64,000 nucleotides of DNA from Candidatus Melainabacteria bacterium 17Bon1m (GCA_032128875.1 JAVLKG010000004.1:672001-736000), one strand, 5' to 3'. Positions 37,402 to 47,870 are shown, counted from the stretch's first letter. Translations and numbers: made by a program. The notes: generated from the letters alone by a model not told the origin.

Positions 37402-38178
37402 ATGAACGCTAAAGAAAACAAAGTACTGGTGCTGGCAGCAATAGCAGTCATCATGCTGGGACAGCCGGCATACGCTAGAGGCGGATTCGGCGGAGGTTTT
37501 GGGGGCGGCTTTGGCGGTGGCTTCAGCGGCTCTCATGGATTTGGCGGAATGGGTGTTCATGGTTTTAACGGTGGCTTTTCGCCTTCAACACATGGCGAAG
37601 GACATTCTGATTTTGGTGACGGCGGTAGACCAACCGCCAATCAAGGGAATCACCCAGAAAATCCAAATCATCGAAACAATCCAGACAACAATGGAAACCA
37701 TACGAACAACGGTGGCAATGAGAATAACAGCGGCAACAACAGTGGTGATCACAATAACGACAATGACAACAACACCAATGTCACCAACAACTTCAATGGC
37801 AATCACGGATGGGCATCCAATCATCCTTATGAAGCAGCCGGCGCAGCCGATTATGCCTGGAACCATCACTACCCCTACGGCGGCTACGGAGCCTATCCAT
37901 ACGGCTATTATGGCGGCGTCGGAGTTGGAGTTGACTTTCCTCTAGTGATCGATAACACCACGACTATGCAACAGCCAGCACAACAAAACAATCAACTGGC
38001 ACAACAAGCAATGATGCACGAACGCGCACGAATATTTGCCCAAGAATTGGTTGGAGCGCTCAATCAACGTGCACCGCAAATGGTGCCAAATACAAATCTG
38101 AGTAGCGGAAATCTGAACAGCAGCAATTTGAGCAGTGTCAATCGGAACGCCAGATCAGCCAGCGCGGTTCAACAATAA
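37402..38178 (+). CDS. Secreted Gly/Asn/Tyr-rich low-complexity protein
   Basis: GGAGG SD upstream of ATG 37402; signal peptide ending PAYA-RGG; (GGF)n, N-rich and YPYGGY segments. The ORF track starts at 37306. Confidence 0.75.
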   Translation: MNAKENKVLVLAAIAVIMLGQPAYARGGFGGGFGGGFGGGFSGSHGFGGMGVHGFNGGFSPSTHGEGHSDFGDGGRPTANQGNHPENPNHRNNPDNNGNHTNNGGNENNSGNNSGDHNNDNDNNTNVTNNFNGNHGWASNHPYEAAGAADYAWNHHYPYGGYGAYPYGYYGGVGVGVDFPLVIDNTTTMQQPAQQNNQLAQQAMMHERARIFAQELVGALNQRAPQMVPNTNLSSGNLNSSNLSSVNRNARSASAVQQ

Positions 38179-38194
38179 CGAAGTTCTGAATTGA

Positions 38195-38362
38195 CTACCA
38201 GGTGTTCTGGTCAGACAGATACGAACTCTTCAGAGCCTGATAGGCAATGTATCCGTAGACGAGAAACAGAATGATGAAGCCGACTGCGTAAAACTTGAAG
38301 CTAAACCTCAAGAGCGGTCTGACTAGAAAGTCAATCAAAAGTATGCCAGTACTGGCGCCCAT
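38195..38362 (-). CDS. Candidate 55-aa membrane protein or 3' fragment of a decayed membrane-protein gene
   Basis: Hand translation: MGASTGILLIDFLVRPLLRFSFKFYAVGFIILFLVYGYIAYQALKSSYLSDQNTW*. Below the ORF-track cutoff; clear TM segment; no good SD. Confidence 0.35.
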   Translation of the reverse strand: MGASTGILLIDFLVRPLLRFSFKFYAVGFIILFLVYGYIAYQALKSSYLSDQNTW

Positions 38363-38839
38363 AGAAAGGACCCCAAAGCGGGAGAGAGATTTATTCGACG
38401 ATTAACCGATCGCAAATGATAACTGAGCACCGCATATGACGTCACAAGATCAAAGATAAAATCTTTTGCTTGACATCAGTTAATGTGAAAAGGAATGACT
38501 CGAATCACTTACCTGTTAATGGTTTACAGTATTTTCCATATAGCGCAGCGCGCACCACATCAGGTGACTGGTTGACGGCTTTGCAACCAATTCCACTCGA
38601 TTTTGACCCAAAAGAAGGCAAGAACACCTGGCATTATCACTCGGTTTTCGACTATTGAAAAACTGGACTTATTGCCAGCGCTAAATTAGGCTGCAGTCCT
38701 CAGTCCGGATTTAATAAAGCTGGTAACGCCTAGCTGGCTAGACTTTCGACCTATGGAGTGAGTTCTACCAGGTGTTATCTGCACATGAAAACCGACTCGT
38801 CCGTTCAATGTATATGCTTCAGCGAAAGTCCCTTTGCCA

Positions 38840-40909
38840 TTACAAAGCTTGCAGCTTCTTCAACTGTGGCGCCATTGCTTGAAGTTTCTGAAGATCGCTA
38901 GGCGTCCATAAATCAGCACTTACAGTCAAATGGCTCAAATTCTTCATTGCAGCGAGATTGCTCATGGACTTAGGTGATATCGAAGTACCTTCTACGCACA
39001 TGACTGAAAGCAAAGGTAATTGCCTCAGATATTCCGTTGATTTGTCAGTGATTCTCTTATTTCTGCGAAGTCCGATCATCACCAACTTCTTGGAGTGAGC
39101 AAACATGCGCACATCGTCATCAGTAAGGTCCATTTGGTCTCCACCAAAGGAATTCAGATAAATACTCTTACTGATGTCAGGAATCAGAGATTTGCCGCCA
39201 GAAATTCCGTTTAGTCCAATTGTCGCAAAATTTGGATAGAGCTTTAGTTGCCGAACACCAGCTGCCGTACACTTCGTGTCAATCAATTCCAGGTTTATTA
39301 GGCTTGGGCAATCTTTGAGACATCTCAAACCAACGTCGCTTACAGCAGTATCGAAAACGTTGAGATAGTTGAGCGCTTTCCAGTGCGCACAGTAGACGAG
39401 AGCAGCGTCAAATTCCACGTCAGGATTGAAGTTGATACTATCCTTTGATCTTTGCAAATGAATGTAGCCGAGGTCGTATTCGCCAAATGGTTTGAGCAAA
39501 TTTGGGTACTTTCTAAGCGTTTCTTGTTTGACGCTTAAGCGAATTTCCGAGGTCATAGGAATTTCTACTGTTCCAGTAGCGGGCCGACTTAAAACCAACT
39601 GTCCTGCAGAATCTAAGTAGGTCAACAATCCAATAGAAAATGTCTCCGGGAATGTGAAAATTCTCGTAGTAAGCGGACCAATCTTTCCAGTCTTCTGGAA
39701 ATACTGACCATTTGCCAAAAGATCGATATCTTTATCAACAGGTTTGTTTTCTACAAAGGAATCAATTGCAGGTTTGACGGCAATTTGCTCGGGTTCTTTC
39801 TTCAAAAGAAAACCACACACTCCGCCAACTAGAAGACAGAAAATTCCTGTGAAAACCGTGATTATCCAAGATATTGGTTTCGCTTTTGCAGGCGCCAATC
39901 TGGCTATTTGCGGCATTGTCTTGGCAATCGTAAGACTTCCAGTTTGCTCACTTGTCGAGCGCTGAAGAACAGAAAGGTCCTCAGCAAGATCGAGTAGATT
40001 TTGATATCTATGATCCGGATCTTTCGCCAGTGTTTTCGCGACGATAGCTTCCAACATCTCCGGAAACTCTCTGCCCATCGAGCCTTCCTTGAGACTTGAT
40101 GGCTGTTCTGTTTGATGTTTCATCATCAAATTTAGAGCACTTTCACCATGAAAAGGAGGTGCGCCTGTGAGCACTTCGTACATCACACAACCTAGTGAAT
40201 AAATGTCTGTCCTATGATCAATTTTTACGCCCAGGCATTGCTCAGGGCTCATGTAGAGTGGTGTTCCGAATATTTCTCCGGTTCGCGTCAGATTTACTGA
40301 TTCACCACCTTCAGTGTCGGTAAGTTTTGCAATTCCAAAGTCGACGATCTTAGGCACATAGGGTTCGTTGCTACCACCGGATTTGTCCAGCATGATGTTT
40401 CCGGGCTTGATATCTCGGTGCACGATGCCCTCGCTATGGGCATAGGCGAGCGCAAAACATATCGGAATGAAAATGCGAAGGATTTCATCCAGCGGTAAAG
40501 TACCGACTCTCTTTGCGTATTCAGAAAGATTTTCCCCCTCAATCAAGTCCATGATGTAGAAGGGTTGATGAGTAGGAAGAATGCCGAAATCATGAGCTCT
40601 TACCAAATTGGTATGGTTGAGCTTCATCGCCGCTTGAGCTTCTTTTTGGAAGCGACGAATAGCAACGTCGGGATAACACTGCCCCGAAAGGGTCTTCAAA
40701 GCGAACAATTGGTGCGCGTAAATCTGCTCGACCTTGTAGACGGATCCCATACCGCCATGCCCAAGCAACTGAACAACTTTGTATCTATCAGCAATTATTT
40801 CTCCAGTCTGGAGAACAGCACTGCCGGCTTCACCAGTGGCAGGGCCAGTAAACACAGTGGGATGAATATCCCTAGCTTGATCGGCTGGTGTTTGATTTCC
40901 CGAGTCCAT
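38840..40909 (-). CDS. Ser/Thr protein kinase with TM and C-terminal leucine-rich-repeat-like domain
   Basis: GHGGMGSVY, ALK, HRDIKPGN, DFG and GTPLYMSPE are intact; TM WIITVFTGIFCLLVGGVCGFLL; LxxLxL..T.V/I.D.. repeats. Confidence 0.92.
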   Translation of the reverse strand: MDSGNQTPADQARDIHPTVFTGPATGEAGSAVLQTGEIIADRYKVVQLLGHGGMGSVYKVEQIYAHQLFALKTLSGQCYPDVAIRRFQKEAQAAMKLNHTNLVRAHDFGILPTHQPFYIMDLIEGENLSEYAKRVGTLPLDEILRIFIPICFALAYAHSEGIVHRDIKPGNIMLDKSGGSNEPYVPKIVDFGIAKLTDTEGGESVNLTRTGEIFGTPLYMSPEQCLGVKIDHRTDIYSLGCVMYEVLTGAPPFHGESALNLMMKHQTEQPSSLKEGSMGREFPEMLEAIVAKTLAKDPDHRYQNLLDLAEDLSVLQRSTSEQTGSLTIAKTMPQIARLAPAKAKPISWIITVFTGIFCLLVGGVCGFLLKKEPEQIAVKPAIDSFVENKPVDKDIDLLANGQYFQKTGKIGPLTTRIFTFPETFSIGLLTYLDSAGQLVLSRPATGTVEIPMTSEIRLSVKQETLRKYPNLLKPFGEYDLGYIHLQRSKDSINFNPDVEFDAALVYCAHWKALNYLNVFDTAVSDVGLRCLKDCPSLINLELIDTKCTAAGVRQLKLYPNFATIGLNGISGGKSLIPDISKSIYLNSFGGDQMDLTDDDVRMFAHSKKLVMIGLRRNKRITDKSTEYLRQLPLLSVMCVEGTSISPKSMSNLAAMKNLSHLTVSADLWTPSDLQKLQAMAPQLKKLQAL

Positions 40910-41069
40910 AGACTTTGCGAGGCTTATAGAATCCGCTACAAGGATGCCGTAGGAAGAATGCCTTCTTATTCAATATATGTACCATTCCTGCCACTTTCTA
41001 AGCCAAAGAAATGGCTGGAAAGTTGGTACTACCGCCACATTTGAAAACCATCCGGGCAATATTCGTCAG

Positions 41070-42263
41070 TTACCGAGGATTTGCAAACCCAGCACTCTTC
41101 AGCCTCTGTGTCTGTTTAACCAACCAATTTTCAACAATGTCCGCTGTGCGGGCAGAGTATTGTCCCTTTTCGAAGATCAAATGTTCTGCATCATCAAGCA
41201 ACACATAATTTTTGTAGGGTGTCTTGAGAGCTTTGAAAAGTCGCTCAGTACCGTCGGCTTTTGAGAGTTTGTCCTTTCCACCCTGCAACATCAAGACTGG
41301 CGCACTGTCGATGCGAGCAGCCATCTCATCGCTCTGATTCATAAATGCAGCAAACTGCGCCATCTGCTTCGGTGTCATTTCGAGCTTCGCTCTCGGGTCT
41401 TTGCGCCAATTCTCTTGCAGCTGTTTGTCACTCGTCGCTTTTTCGACTACTTTGTCACCGACATTGAATTTCGAATTTGGTAGCACCATCCGCAATGCCA
41501 CTTCCATTGCTGTTTTCTTGCCGCCATAAAAATCCGCACCAGGTACAGAGGCAATCAAACCAGAAACGCACTCAGGAAACAGCGCCGTTGCCTGAAGCGC
41601 AATAGCGCCTCCCATCGATTCACCAAGCAAGAACACAGGGACACCAGGATTCATTGTCCTAACCCAGTAAATAGAGCTTCGGAGATCCAACATTGTTTGG
41701 TAAAAATCGAGCTTCTTGTCCTCCGAAGAATCACCTATCCAACTGCCGAATCCTCTTACATCAATCGCATAAGTCGAGATGCCACGATTTGCCATCTCCT
41801 GCGCAAAACCGGCAAAAGATTCCTTATGCAATCCAAAGCCGTGGATAGAAACAATCGCGGCAATGGGTTCTTTAGTCTTGGCTGGCCAGGAAGTAAATGA
41901 TGTTTCGAATGACGGCGGCTTAATTACGACAGCTTCGGGCGATGAAGCACCAGGCTGTGGAGAAACGGGCAAAGCAGGAGACGTCGAAGCTGGAGGGGTG
42001 GAGACATGAGGGCTTGAAACAGCAGAACTGGAAACGGGAGGCGGGGAAACGCGAGGAATTGCTACAGGCTGAGATACCCTTGGTTGCGCGCCAGGCTCAC
42101 CATGCTTGATTTGCTTAATTTGAAAGTCGGAATGTCCGAGTGGAATCGGCTTTGCTGCCGGCTTTGAATACACCTCACTCGTGCTAGAAGTGGCCAACAG
42201 AAAGAAAGCCGCAAATACTTGCGACATTTGATTTTGATTCGGAACCTTCTTTTTTATTGGCAT
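41070..42263 (-). CDS. Secreted alpha/beta hydrolase (lysophospholipase-like), paralog of 14241..15872 without DUF4384
   Basis: SIHGFGLH, DVRGFG, GESMGG, QGGKDKL, EHLIFE; Pro/Ser-rich N-terminal linker. Confidence 0.88.
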   Translation of the reverse strand: MPIKKKVPNQNQMSQVFAAFFLLATSSTSEVYSKPAAKPIPLGHSDFQIKQIKHGEPGAQPRVSQPVAIPRVSPPPVSSSAVSSPHVSTPPASTSPALPVSPQPGASSPEAVVIKPPSFETSFTSWPAKTKEPIAAIVSIHGFGLHKESFAGFAQEMANRGISTYAIDVRGFGSWIGDSSEDKKLDFYQTMLDLRSSIYWVRTMNPGVPVFLLGESMGGAIALQATALFPECVSGLIASVPGADFYGGKKTAMEVALRMVLPNSKFNVGDKVVEKATSDKQLQENWRKDPRAKLEMTPKQMAQFAAFMNQSDEMAARIDSAPVLMLQGGKDKLSKADGTERLFKALKTPYKNYVLLDDAEHLIFEKGQYSARTADIVENWLVKQTQRLKSAGFANPR

Positions 42264-42331
42264 AGTAAGAACTACTCGATACTAATTAGGTTATATCAAG
42301 AGACTCACCGACAGGCTCTTCATGCAACTTT

Positions 42332-44482
42332 CTACAGGTCTTTTCGCCAATCCCAGTCGGTAAGGCCATTCTTAGAATCGCGCTTCTGTGTCTTAACTTG
42401 CAAATTAGGAAGCTCACTGACGAGTTTTCTAACCTCTTCAGCCGGCCAATTCTCTTTGCTTATACTTAAGACCTTAAGATTCGGCATCTGCTTCAATGTT
42501 TCTTTCAAAGCAGGCGTAACGCCAGTTGCTGACACATTCAAAACAATCAGATTCTTGAATTGCTTAATGCTCGCATTGGTTATCTTGGGATTCAAATCAA
42601 CAGTCAGATAGCGTAAATTGTTGATTTTTGACAACTGAGCCATATCTGCATCGTTTAGATCGCCCCCAGCAAGATTGAGTATTAATAAGCGTTTGCTGGT
42701 CGTCAATTGAGGTATCAGTGTTCTTGCGCCGCTGACATTCTTTAATCCGAGATAGGTAAACTCCGGGAAATTTTTTAAAGAACGTACGGACGCAGATGTA
42801 ATTTTGGTATCGGATACATCTATGGAATCAAGCTTGGGAAGGTCTTTTATGAAGGCCATACCTTTGTCAGTCGCAGGTGTTCCGAAAATGAAGATCTCTT
42901 TCAGACCTTTGATTTCACCAGCATGCACGAGACTGGTATCGAAAACAAAATTGAAGTCTTCCAGTTTTTCTGACAAATCATTCGTAATATGCAGATGATT
43001 TAGATCTGCGGATTGAAAACCTTTGAGCAGATGAGGGTATGTGTAAAGCCTGCTAGAAGGTACTTGCAGATACGTTTCAGCTTGGAGCGGCACGCGAATG
43101 GCGCCTTGAGCCGCGACCGGCTCAGAGACTTTGATGGAGGAATGTGTGTATTTGAACATCCCAATGTCGAACGACTTCGGAAATTTATAAATCTTTGAGG
43201 GATCGCTGGTAGCATTCTCGACAATTAAGTAGCGCGAGTGTCCAACGTTTAGTGCTTCCTCGTAATTGAGTTTGGAGCTCTCAGAGATTTGGACCGGAGC
43301 CGGCTTTGCGTCTACAGAAGGTTTTTGCTTTGTTCCGCTCAACGAACCTAGTGCAATACCTGCGATCAGGCATCCGAAGCAGGCAGCCGCAATAAAATAC
43401 GGCGTCTTGCCCTTCTTCTCGCTGACATGAGGAGCTGCACTCATGGACAAAACCGGAATGTCTTTTACGGTTCGGCTATGTGCATTGGTGCTAATTCTGG
43501 CGGTCCCCGCCTCTGCTAATTCTTGTTTGAAATTTGCTAAGTCCAGTGCCAGGTCCTGAAAGCTTTGATACCTACTGTTTGGATCCTTGGTCAACGCTTT
43601 TGCAACAATCGCCTCCAGAGCGCTAGGAAATTCTCTGCCCATGGACGCTTCTCTCATGCTGGCCGGCATGGTCGTTTGGTGTTTCATCATCAGATTGAGG
43701 GCCGTGTCACCATGAAATGGAGGCGCACCAGTGAGTGTTTCGTACATGACACAACCGAGCGAATAAATGTCGGAGCGGTGATCGACTTTCACACCAGTGC
43801 ACTGCTCAGGGCTCATGTAGAGCGGAGTTCCAAACACCTCTCCTGTACGCGTAAGTGTCATGGAGTGTGCATCTTCATTCTCAGACATCTTCGCGATGCC
43901 AAAGTCCACCACTTTCGGGGTGTAGCCACTGGGATCTTTCTGATTGATCGCAAGCATGATATTTCCTGGCTTAATGTCGCGGTGGATCACCCCCTGCTCG
44001 TGTGCGTAATTAAGTCCAAAACAAATTGGGATGAAGATATTCAGTACTTCTGCGATTGAAAGAGTGCCAACAATTCGGGCATACTGCGACAAATTCTGCC
44101 CTTCAACAAGATCCATAACGAAGAAAGGCTGCTGGTTTTCGAGCACACCAAAATCATGTGCCTTTACTAAATTGGGATGATTCAGTTTGCTGGCGGCTTG
44201 AGCTTCTTTGTGAAAACGACGCATCGCAACGTCAGTGAAAGCTTGCCCGTGCAAAGTCTTCAGGGCGAACATCTGCCGCAGAAAAATCTGCTCGACTTTG
44301 TAAACGGCACCCATGCCGCCATGTCCAATCACAGACACGACTTTATATCGATCACTGATTACCTGCCCAATCTTGAGCAGCTCGTTCTTCGCAGAAGCAG
44401 CCCCTGATTCCGTTATGAGTGTCTTAGGCAAATCGACTCTGGGTAGACCATGCCTGGGAGTTTGTGAACCGGAGGTATCCAT
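42332..44482 (-). CDS. Ser/Thr protein kinase with TM and C-terminal leucine-rich-repeat-like domain
   Basis: GHGGMGAVY, HRDIKPGN, DFG, GTPLYMSPE; TM YFIAAACFGCLIAGIALG; LRR-like C-terminus. Confidence 0.92.
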   Translation of the reverse strand: MDTSGSQTPRHGLPRVDLPKTLITESGAASAKNELLKIGQVISDRYKVVSVIGHGGMGAVYKVEQIFLRQMFALKTLHGQAFTDVAMRRFHKEAQAASKLNHPNLVKAHDFGVLENQQPFFVMDLVEGQNLSQYARIVGTLSIAEVLNIFIPICFGLNYAHEQGVIHRDIKPGNIMLAINQKDPSGYTPKVVDFGIAKMSENEDAHSMTLTRTGEVFGTPLYMSPEQCTGVKVDHRSDIYSLGCVMYETLTGAPPFHGDTALNLMMKHQTTMPASMREASMGREFPSALEAIVAKALTKDPNSRYQSFQDLALDLANFKQELAEAGTARISTNAHSRTVKDIPVLSMSAAPHVSEKKGKTPYFIAAACFGCLIAGIALGSLSGTKQKPSVDAKPAPVQISESSKLNYEEALNVGHSRYLIVENATSDPSKIYKFPKSFDIGMFKYTHSSIKVSEPVAAQGAIRVPLQAETYLQVPSSRLYTYPHLLKGFQSADLNHLHITNDLSEKLEDFNFVFDTSLVHAGEIKGLKEIFIFGTPATDKGMAFIKDLPKLDSIDVSDTKITSASVRSLKNFPEFTYLGLKNVSGARTLIPQLTTSKRLLILNLAGGDLNDADMAQLSKINNLRYLTVDLNPKITNASIKQFKNLIVLNVSATGVTPALKETLKQMPNLKVLSISKENWPAEEVRKLVSELPNLQVKTQKRDSKNGLTDWDWRKDL

Positions 44483-44810
44483 AACGTCTTTTCTAGGAAG
44501 CTGAAATATGCACTCTTTAAGAGACTATAGCTCTTTCTGAACAAAGTTGAGATCACGATCACGCGGTAAAATTGGACAAAAATTTGCAAATATAGCCCCC
44601 TGAAGTATTCCCAGGATTTTCTTGCGAATCCCGGGTTGAATATATGTCGAATATCAATGTCATATAAAGTCAATATCGCGCCTGTATGCTTTCGCAATCC
44701 GCCAACCAAAAGTTCCATCAAACAGAAAACAATTAGTGACACCACAGGTAGTTAACTCCAATGTGCCATCACTAATGGTGCACACTTTTCCTTTTTAATT
44801 AGCTACAATA

Positions 44811-45347
44811 GTGAGTATGGAACTTAATCGCGCCACAGAAATTGCCACTACTCTAATGAGCATTCACGGTCTTTCAGACTGGATGTTTCGACTCAACAAG
44901 AGCAAGCGTTGCCTTGGTGTTTGCAAGGCTGGAGAGCGAACAATCGAACTTTCCACCGCTTATGTTTTTCAAAATTCAGAAGAGCATGTCCGCGACACGA
45001 TACTGCATGAAATAGCCCATGCACTAGTTGGAATTCGGCACGGACACGACAATGTCTGGAAAGAAATGTGCTTACTCCTCGGATGCCAGCCAAAAGCGTG
45101 CGACAACACCGCGGTGTTGCCGGAAGGAGCGTGGCAAGCGCGCTGCCCTTCCTGCCTTACGTCATTCACCAGACATAGGCGTCCTGAGCAAATTGCTGGA
45201 ATGTACTGCCGCAAGTGTGGTCCCGAACGCGGCAAATTGCTATTTAAGAACTTGCGCAAAGGTGCGTTCAAACAAGTTGATCCGGTGCGCACTTCCAATC
45301 TCAAACAGCCACGCCAACTAACGCTTCCGCTTGGAGCAGCGTTTTAA
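44811..45347 (+). CDS. SprT-like zinc metalloprotease with zinc ribbon
   Basis: RDTILHEIAHAL...GHD.VWK; CPSC...CRKC. Start may be ATG 44817. Confidence 0.88.
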   Translation: MSMELNRATEIATTLMSIHGLSDWMFRLNKSKRCLGVCKAGERTIELSTAYVFQNSEEHVRDTILHEIAHALVGIRHGHDNVWKEMCLLLGCQPKACDNTAVLPEGAWQARCPSCLTSFTRHRRPEQIAGMYCRKCGPERGKLLFKNLRKGAFKQVDPVRTSNLKQPRQLTLPLGAAF

Positions 45348-45390
45348 AAACTACATTTATGGCTTGTCGTATTTCCAAAATTGCGGTTTT

Positions 45391-47574
45391 CTAGAAAGTT
45401 CGTCTTTCCATAAAACACATCTGGGAATTGATGCCTGCTTCGTGTACAGGAGCTCGCATGTAGGTTCCGTCCGGCAACATAATGCGAGCCTTTACGGTAT
45501 CGCAAAGATAAGCATTCAGAACTTCGTCACGCAAATAACGCGAGTGCTTCTTATCTTCAATAGGGACAAGAACCTCAACACGGCGATCGAGATTTCGCGG
45601 CATCAAATCTGCGCTGCCGAAATAAATCTCTTCGTCACCGCCATTGCGGAAATAATAGATGCGGCTGTGCTCGAGGAAGCGACCGACAATACTGACGACG
45701 CGAATGTTTTCACTTACGCCTTGGATGCCGGGCTTGAGACAGCAAACACCGCGAACGATCAAATCAATCTGCACACCAGCCTGGGAAGCTTCATACAAAA
45801 GCTTGATGATGCGCTCATCGACGAGTGCGTTGGTTTTGAAAATCAAATGGCCAGCTTTGCCATTTCTATGATTTTCGATCTCACGCCTGATCATACTTTC
45901 CATTCGATCACGCAAATTGATTGGAGCAACAATTAGTTTGCGATAGTCTTTTTTGCGTGAGTAACCAGTCAAATAATTGAACAAGTCAGCGACATCGGCA
46001 CCCAACTCTTCGTCCGCCGTGAGCAGCCCGAAATCAGTGTATAAGTGCGCAGTAACCGGGTTGTAGTTGCCTGTTCCAAAGTGAACATAACGCTTAATCC
46101 GATCGCCTTCTTTACGAACGACCAGTGCGACCTTCGCATGAACTTTCAGTCCGAGCAACCCATAAACAACGTGGACGCCCTGACGTTCCATCGCCTTTGC
46201 CCACTCGATGTTACTCTTTTCGTCAAATCGCGCTTTCAGTTCTACAAGAACCGCCACCTGTTTTCCACGCTCAGGAGCTCGAATCAACGCATCTACGATA
46301 GGTGAATTATTGCCCACACGATAGAGCGTCATCTTCATCGCTTGTACGTTCGGGTCGCGTACAGACTGCGTCAAGAAGTTGACCACAGGCTGAAACGAAT
46401 CATACGGGTGATGAACCAGAACATCACGACGCTTGAGCACACTGAACAAGTCTTCATCCTGCGAATCAGGATTAAGGGCTTGAGGAATCGCCGGCAAGAA
46501 AGATTGATATTTGAGATCGGGACGATCAAGAACGCATATGTATTTGAGCATGCTCAAAGGAAGGCGTCCTTCCACCCAGTAAATGTCGACGGGCTCGATT
46601 TCCAGATTGTCGACCAGAATTTCCAGTACCCGGTTCGGAATTCCCGGGTTGACTTCCAGACGGACAACATCGCCAAATCGTCTTTGGCGAATTCCTTCTT
46701 CTGTTGTTTCGAGCAGATCTCCTGCTTCCCATTCTTGAATTTCCATCTCAGCGTCTCTAGTGACGTGAAATGGGTGCGATTCCACGACTTCCATGCCTGG
46801 GAAAAGGAAGTCCAAATGAGCGCTGATGAGCTCATCCAACCAGATAAAAGTCTGTGTTTTGCTGGTCTGGAAATTTCGTCTCGACAGCGGTGAAGAAGGA
46901 TCGTCGACACGAATCAGTTGAGGCAAGCTGTCCGGCACTTTGACTCTGGCAAATCTCTCTTCACCCAGATTGTCTTTGATAAGGACGGCGAGATTGAGAC
47001 TGAGGTTGGAAATGTGCGGAAATGGGTGTCCGGGGTCATAACCAAGCGGCGTCAAAATCGGGAAGATATTCTGGTGAAAGTACTCACGTATCTTAGATTT
47101 CTGGTTTTCGTTGAGCTCGTTGTACTGAAGAATGCTGACACCGGCATCAAGCAATGCCGGAGTAAGCTCATTCTTGTAATAGCGGTGAGCCCGCTGCAAA
47201 AGTGCGGCGACTTCGAACCTGATCGTTTTGAGCTGGTCACTGGGTGTAAGCCCATCGATACCGACTGCCGCATTCCCAGCTTCAACCTGTCTCTTGAGAC
47301 CTGCCACCCGGACCATGAAAAACTCATCCAGGTTCGAACCAACAATTGAAAGGAACCTGACTCGCTCCAGGAGGGGGTTGGTCGGATCCTTAGCCTCCTC
47401 GAGGACCCTCGCCTGAAAGGAAAGCAGACTCAACTCCCGATTTACATACAGCTTGGGATCGTCAAGCGACGGCAGGGGGTTGGTATAGTCGATTTCTGGA
47501 AAGGACCCGGTCGACAGCGAGGTGGACGGCGTCGGCTCGACATCGTTCTTATTTTGCAGGTTTTCTGTAGTCAT
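45391..47574 (-). CDS. ppk1: Polyphosphate kinase 1
   Basis: NRELSLLSFQARVL, SNLDEFFMVRVAGL, HPFPHISNLSLN, HHPYDSF, VELKARFDE, KVHAK, GTGNYN, GRFLEHSR, SADLMPRNLDRRVE. Confidence 0.97.
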   Translation of the reverse strand: MTTENLQNKNDVEPTPSTSLSTGSFPEIDYTNPLPSLDDPKLYVNRELSLLSFQARVLEEAKDPTNPLLERVRFLSIVGSNLDEFFMVRVAGLKRQVEAGNAAVGIDGLTPSDQLKTIRFEVAALLQRAHRYYKNELTPALLDAGVSILQYNELNENQKSKIREYFHQNIFPILTPLGYDPGHPFPHISNLSLNLAVLIKDNLGEERFARVKVPDSLPQLIRVDDPSSPLSRRNFQTSKTQTFIWLDELISAHLDFLFPGMEVVESHPFHVTRDAEMEIQEWEAGDLLETTEEGIRQRRFGDVVRLEVNPGIPNRVLEILVDNLEIEPVDIYWVEGRLPLSMLKYICVLDRPDLKYQSFLPAIPQALNPDSQDEDLFSVLKRRDVLVHHPYDSFQPVVNFLTQSVRDPNVQAMKMTLYRVGNNSPIVDALIRAPERGKQVAVLVELKARFDEKSNIEWAKAMERQGVHVVYGLLGLKVHAKVALVVRKEGDRIKRYVHFGTGNYNPVTAHLYTDFGLLTADEELGADVADLFNYLTGYSRKKDYRKLIVAPINLRDRMESMIRREIENHRNGKAGHLIFKTNALVDERIIKLLYEASQAGVQIDLIVRGVCCLKPGIQGVSENIRVVSIVGRFLEHSRIYYFRNGGDEEIYFGSADLMPRNLDRRVEVLVPIEDKKHSRYLRDEVLNAYLCDTVKARIMLPDGTYMRAPVHEAGINSQMCFMERRTF

Positions 47575-47684
47575 TCCTAAATTGTACGGGATCTACGGCT
47601 GGACCCGGATTATTTCGTCTTGACTATTCTTAGCAAAGTGCCGTTCTAGCACCCGGAAACCTGGTGCCGCTTTACAATGGAATT

Positions 47685-47833
47685 AGCCCAGGGCTCCTTT
47701 CTACGTACGGTTTAGCGTTTGTACCGGTGGAAAGTTCGAAAACAAACCTGAGAATGTAGACAACCAAAGATTGAGAGGACTAAGAGTCCTCTAATCGCCC
47801 GGCTTCGCTCCTTGAAGCCGGGTTTGTCTTTGG
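47685..47833 (+). ncRNA. Candidate small RNA, or a pair of back-to-back terminators
   Basis: TACAAT at 47673-47678; hairpin GATTGAGAGGACT/AGTCCTCTAATC (47769-47796); hairpin CCCGGCTTC-GCTCCTT-GAAGCCGGG (47798-47822) followed by TTTGTCTTT on the plus strand, where no plus-strand CDS lies upstream. Confidence 0.35.
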
Positions 47834-47870
47834 AAGTTGCTGGAAGCCCATTCTGCAGCGTCACTGGAGC

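Noticed and set aside
44732-44776. ATTAGTGA...TCACTAAT inverted repeat upstream of the SprT-like gene
   Set aside because: Only 8-bp arms with a long spacer in AT-rich DNA; plausible by chance.
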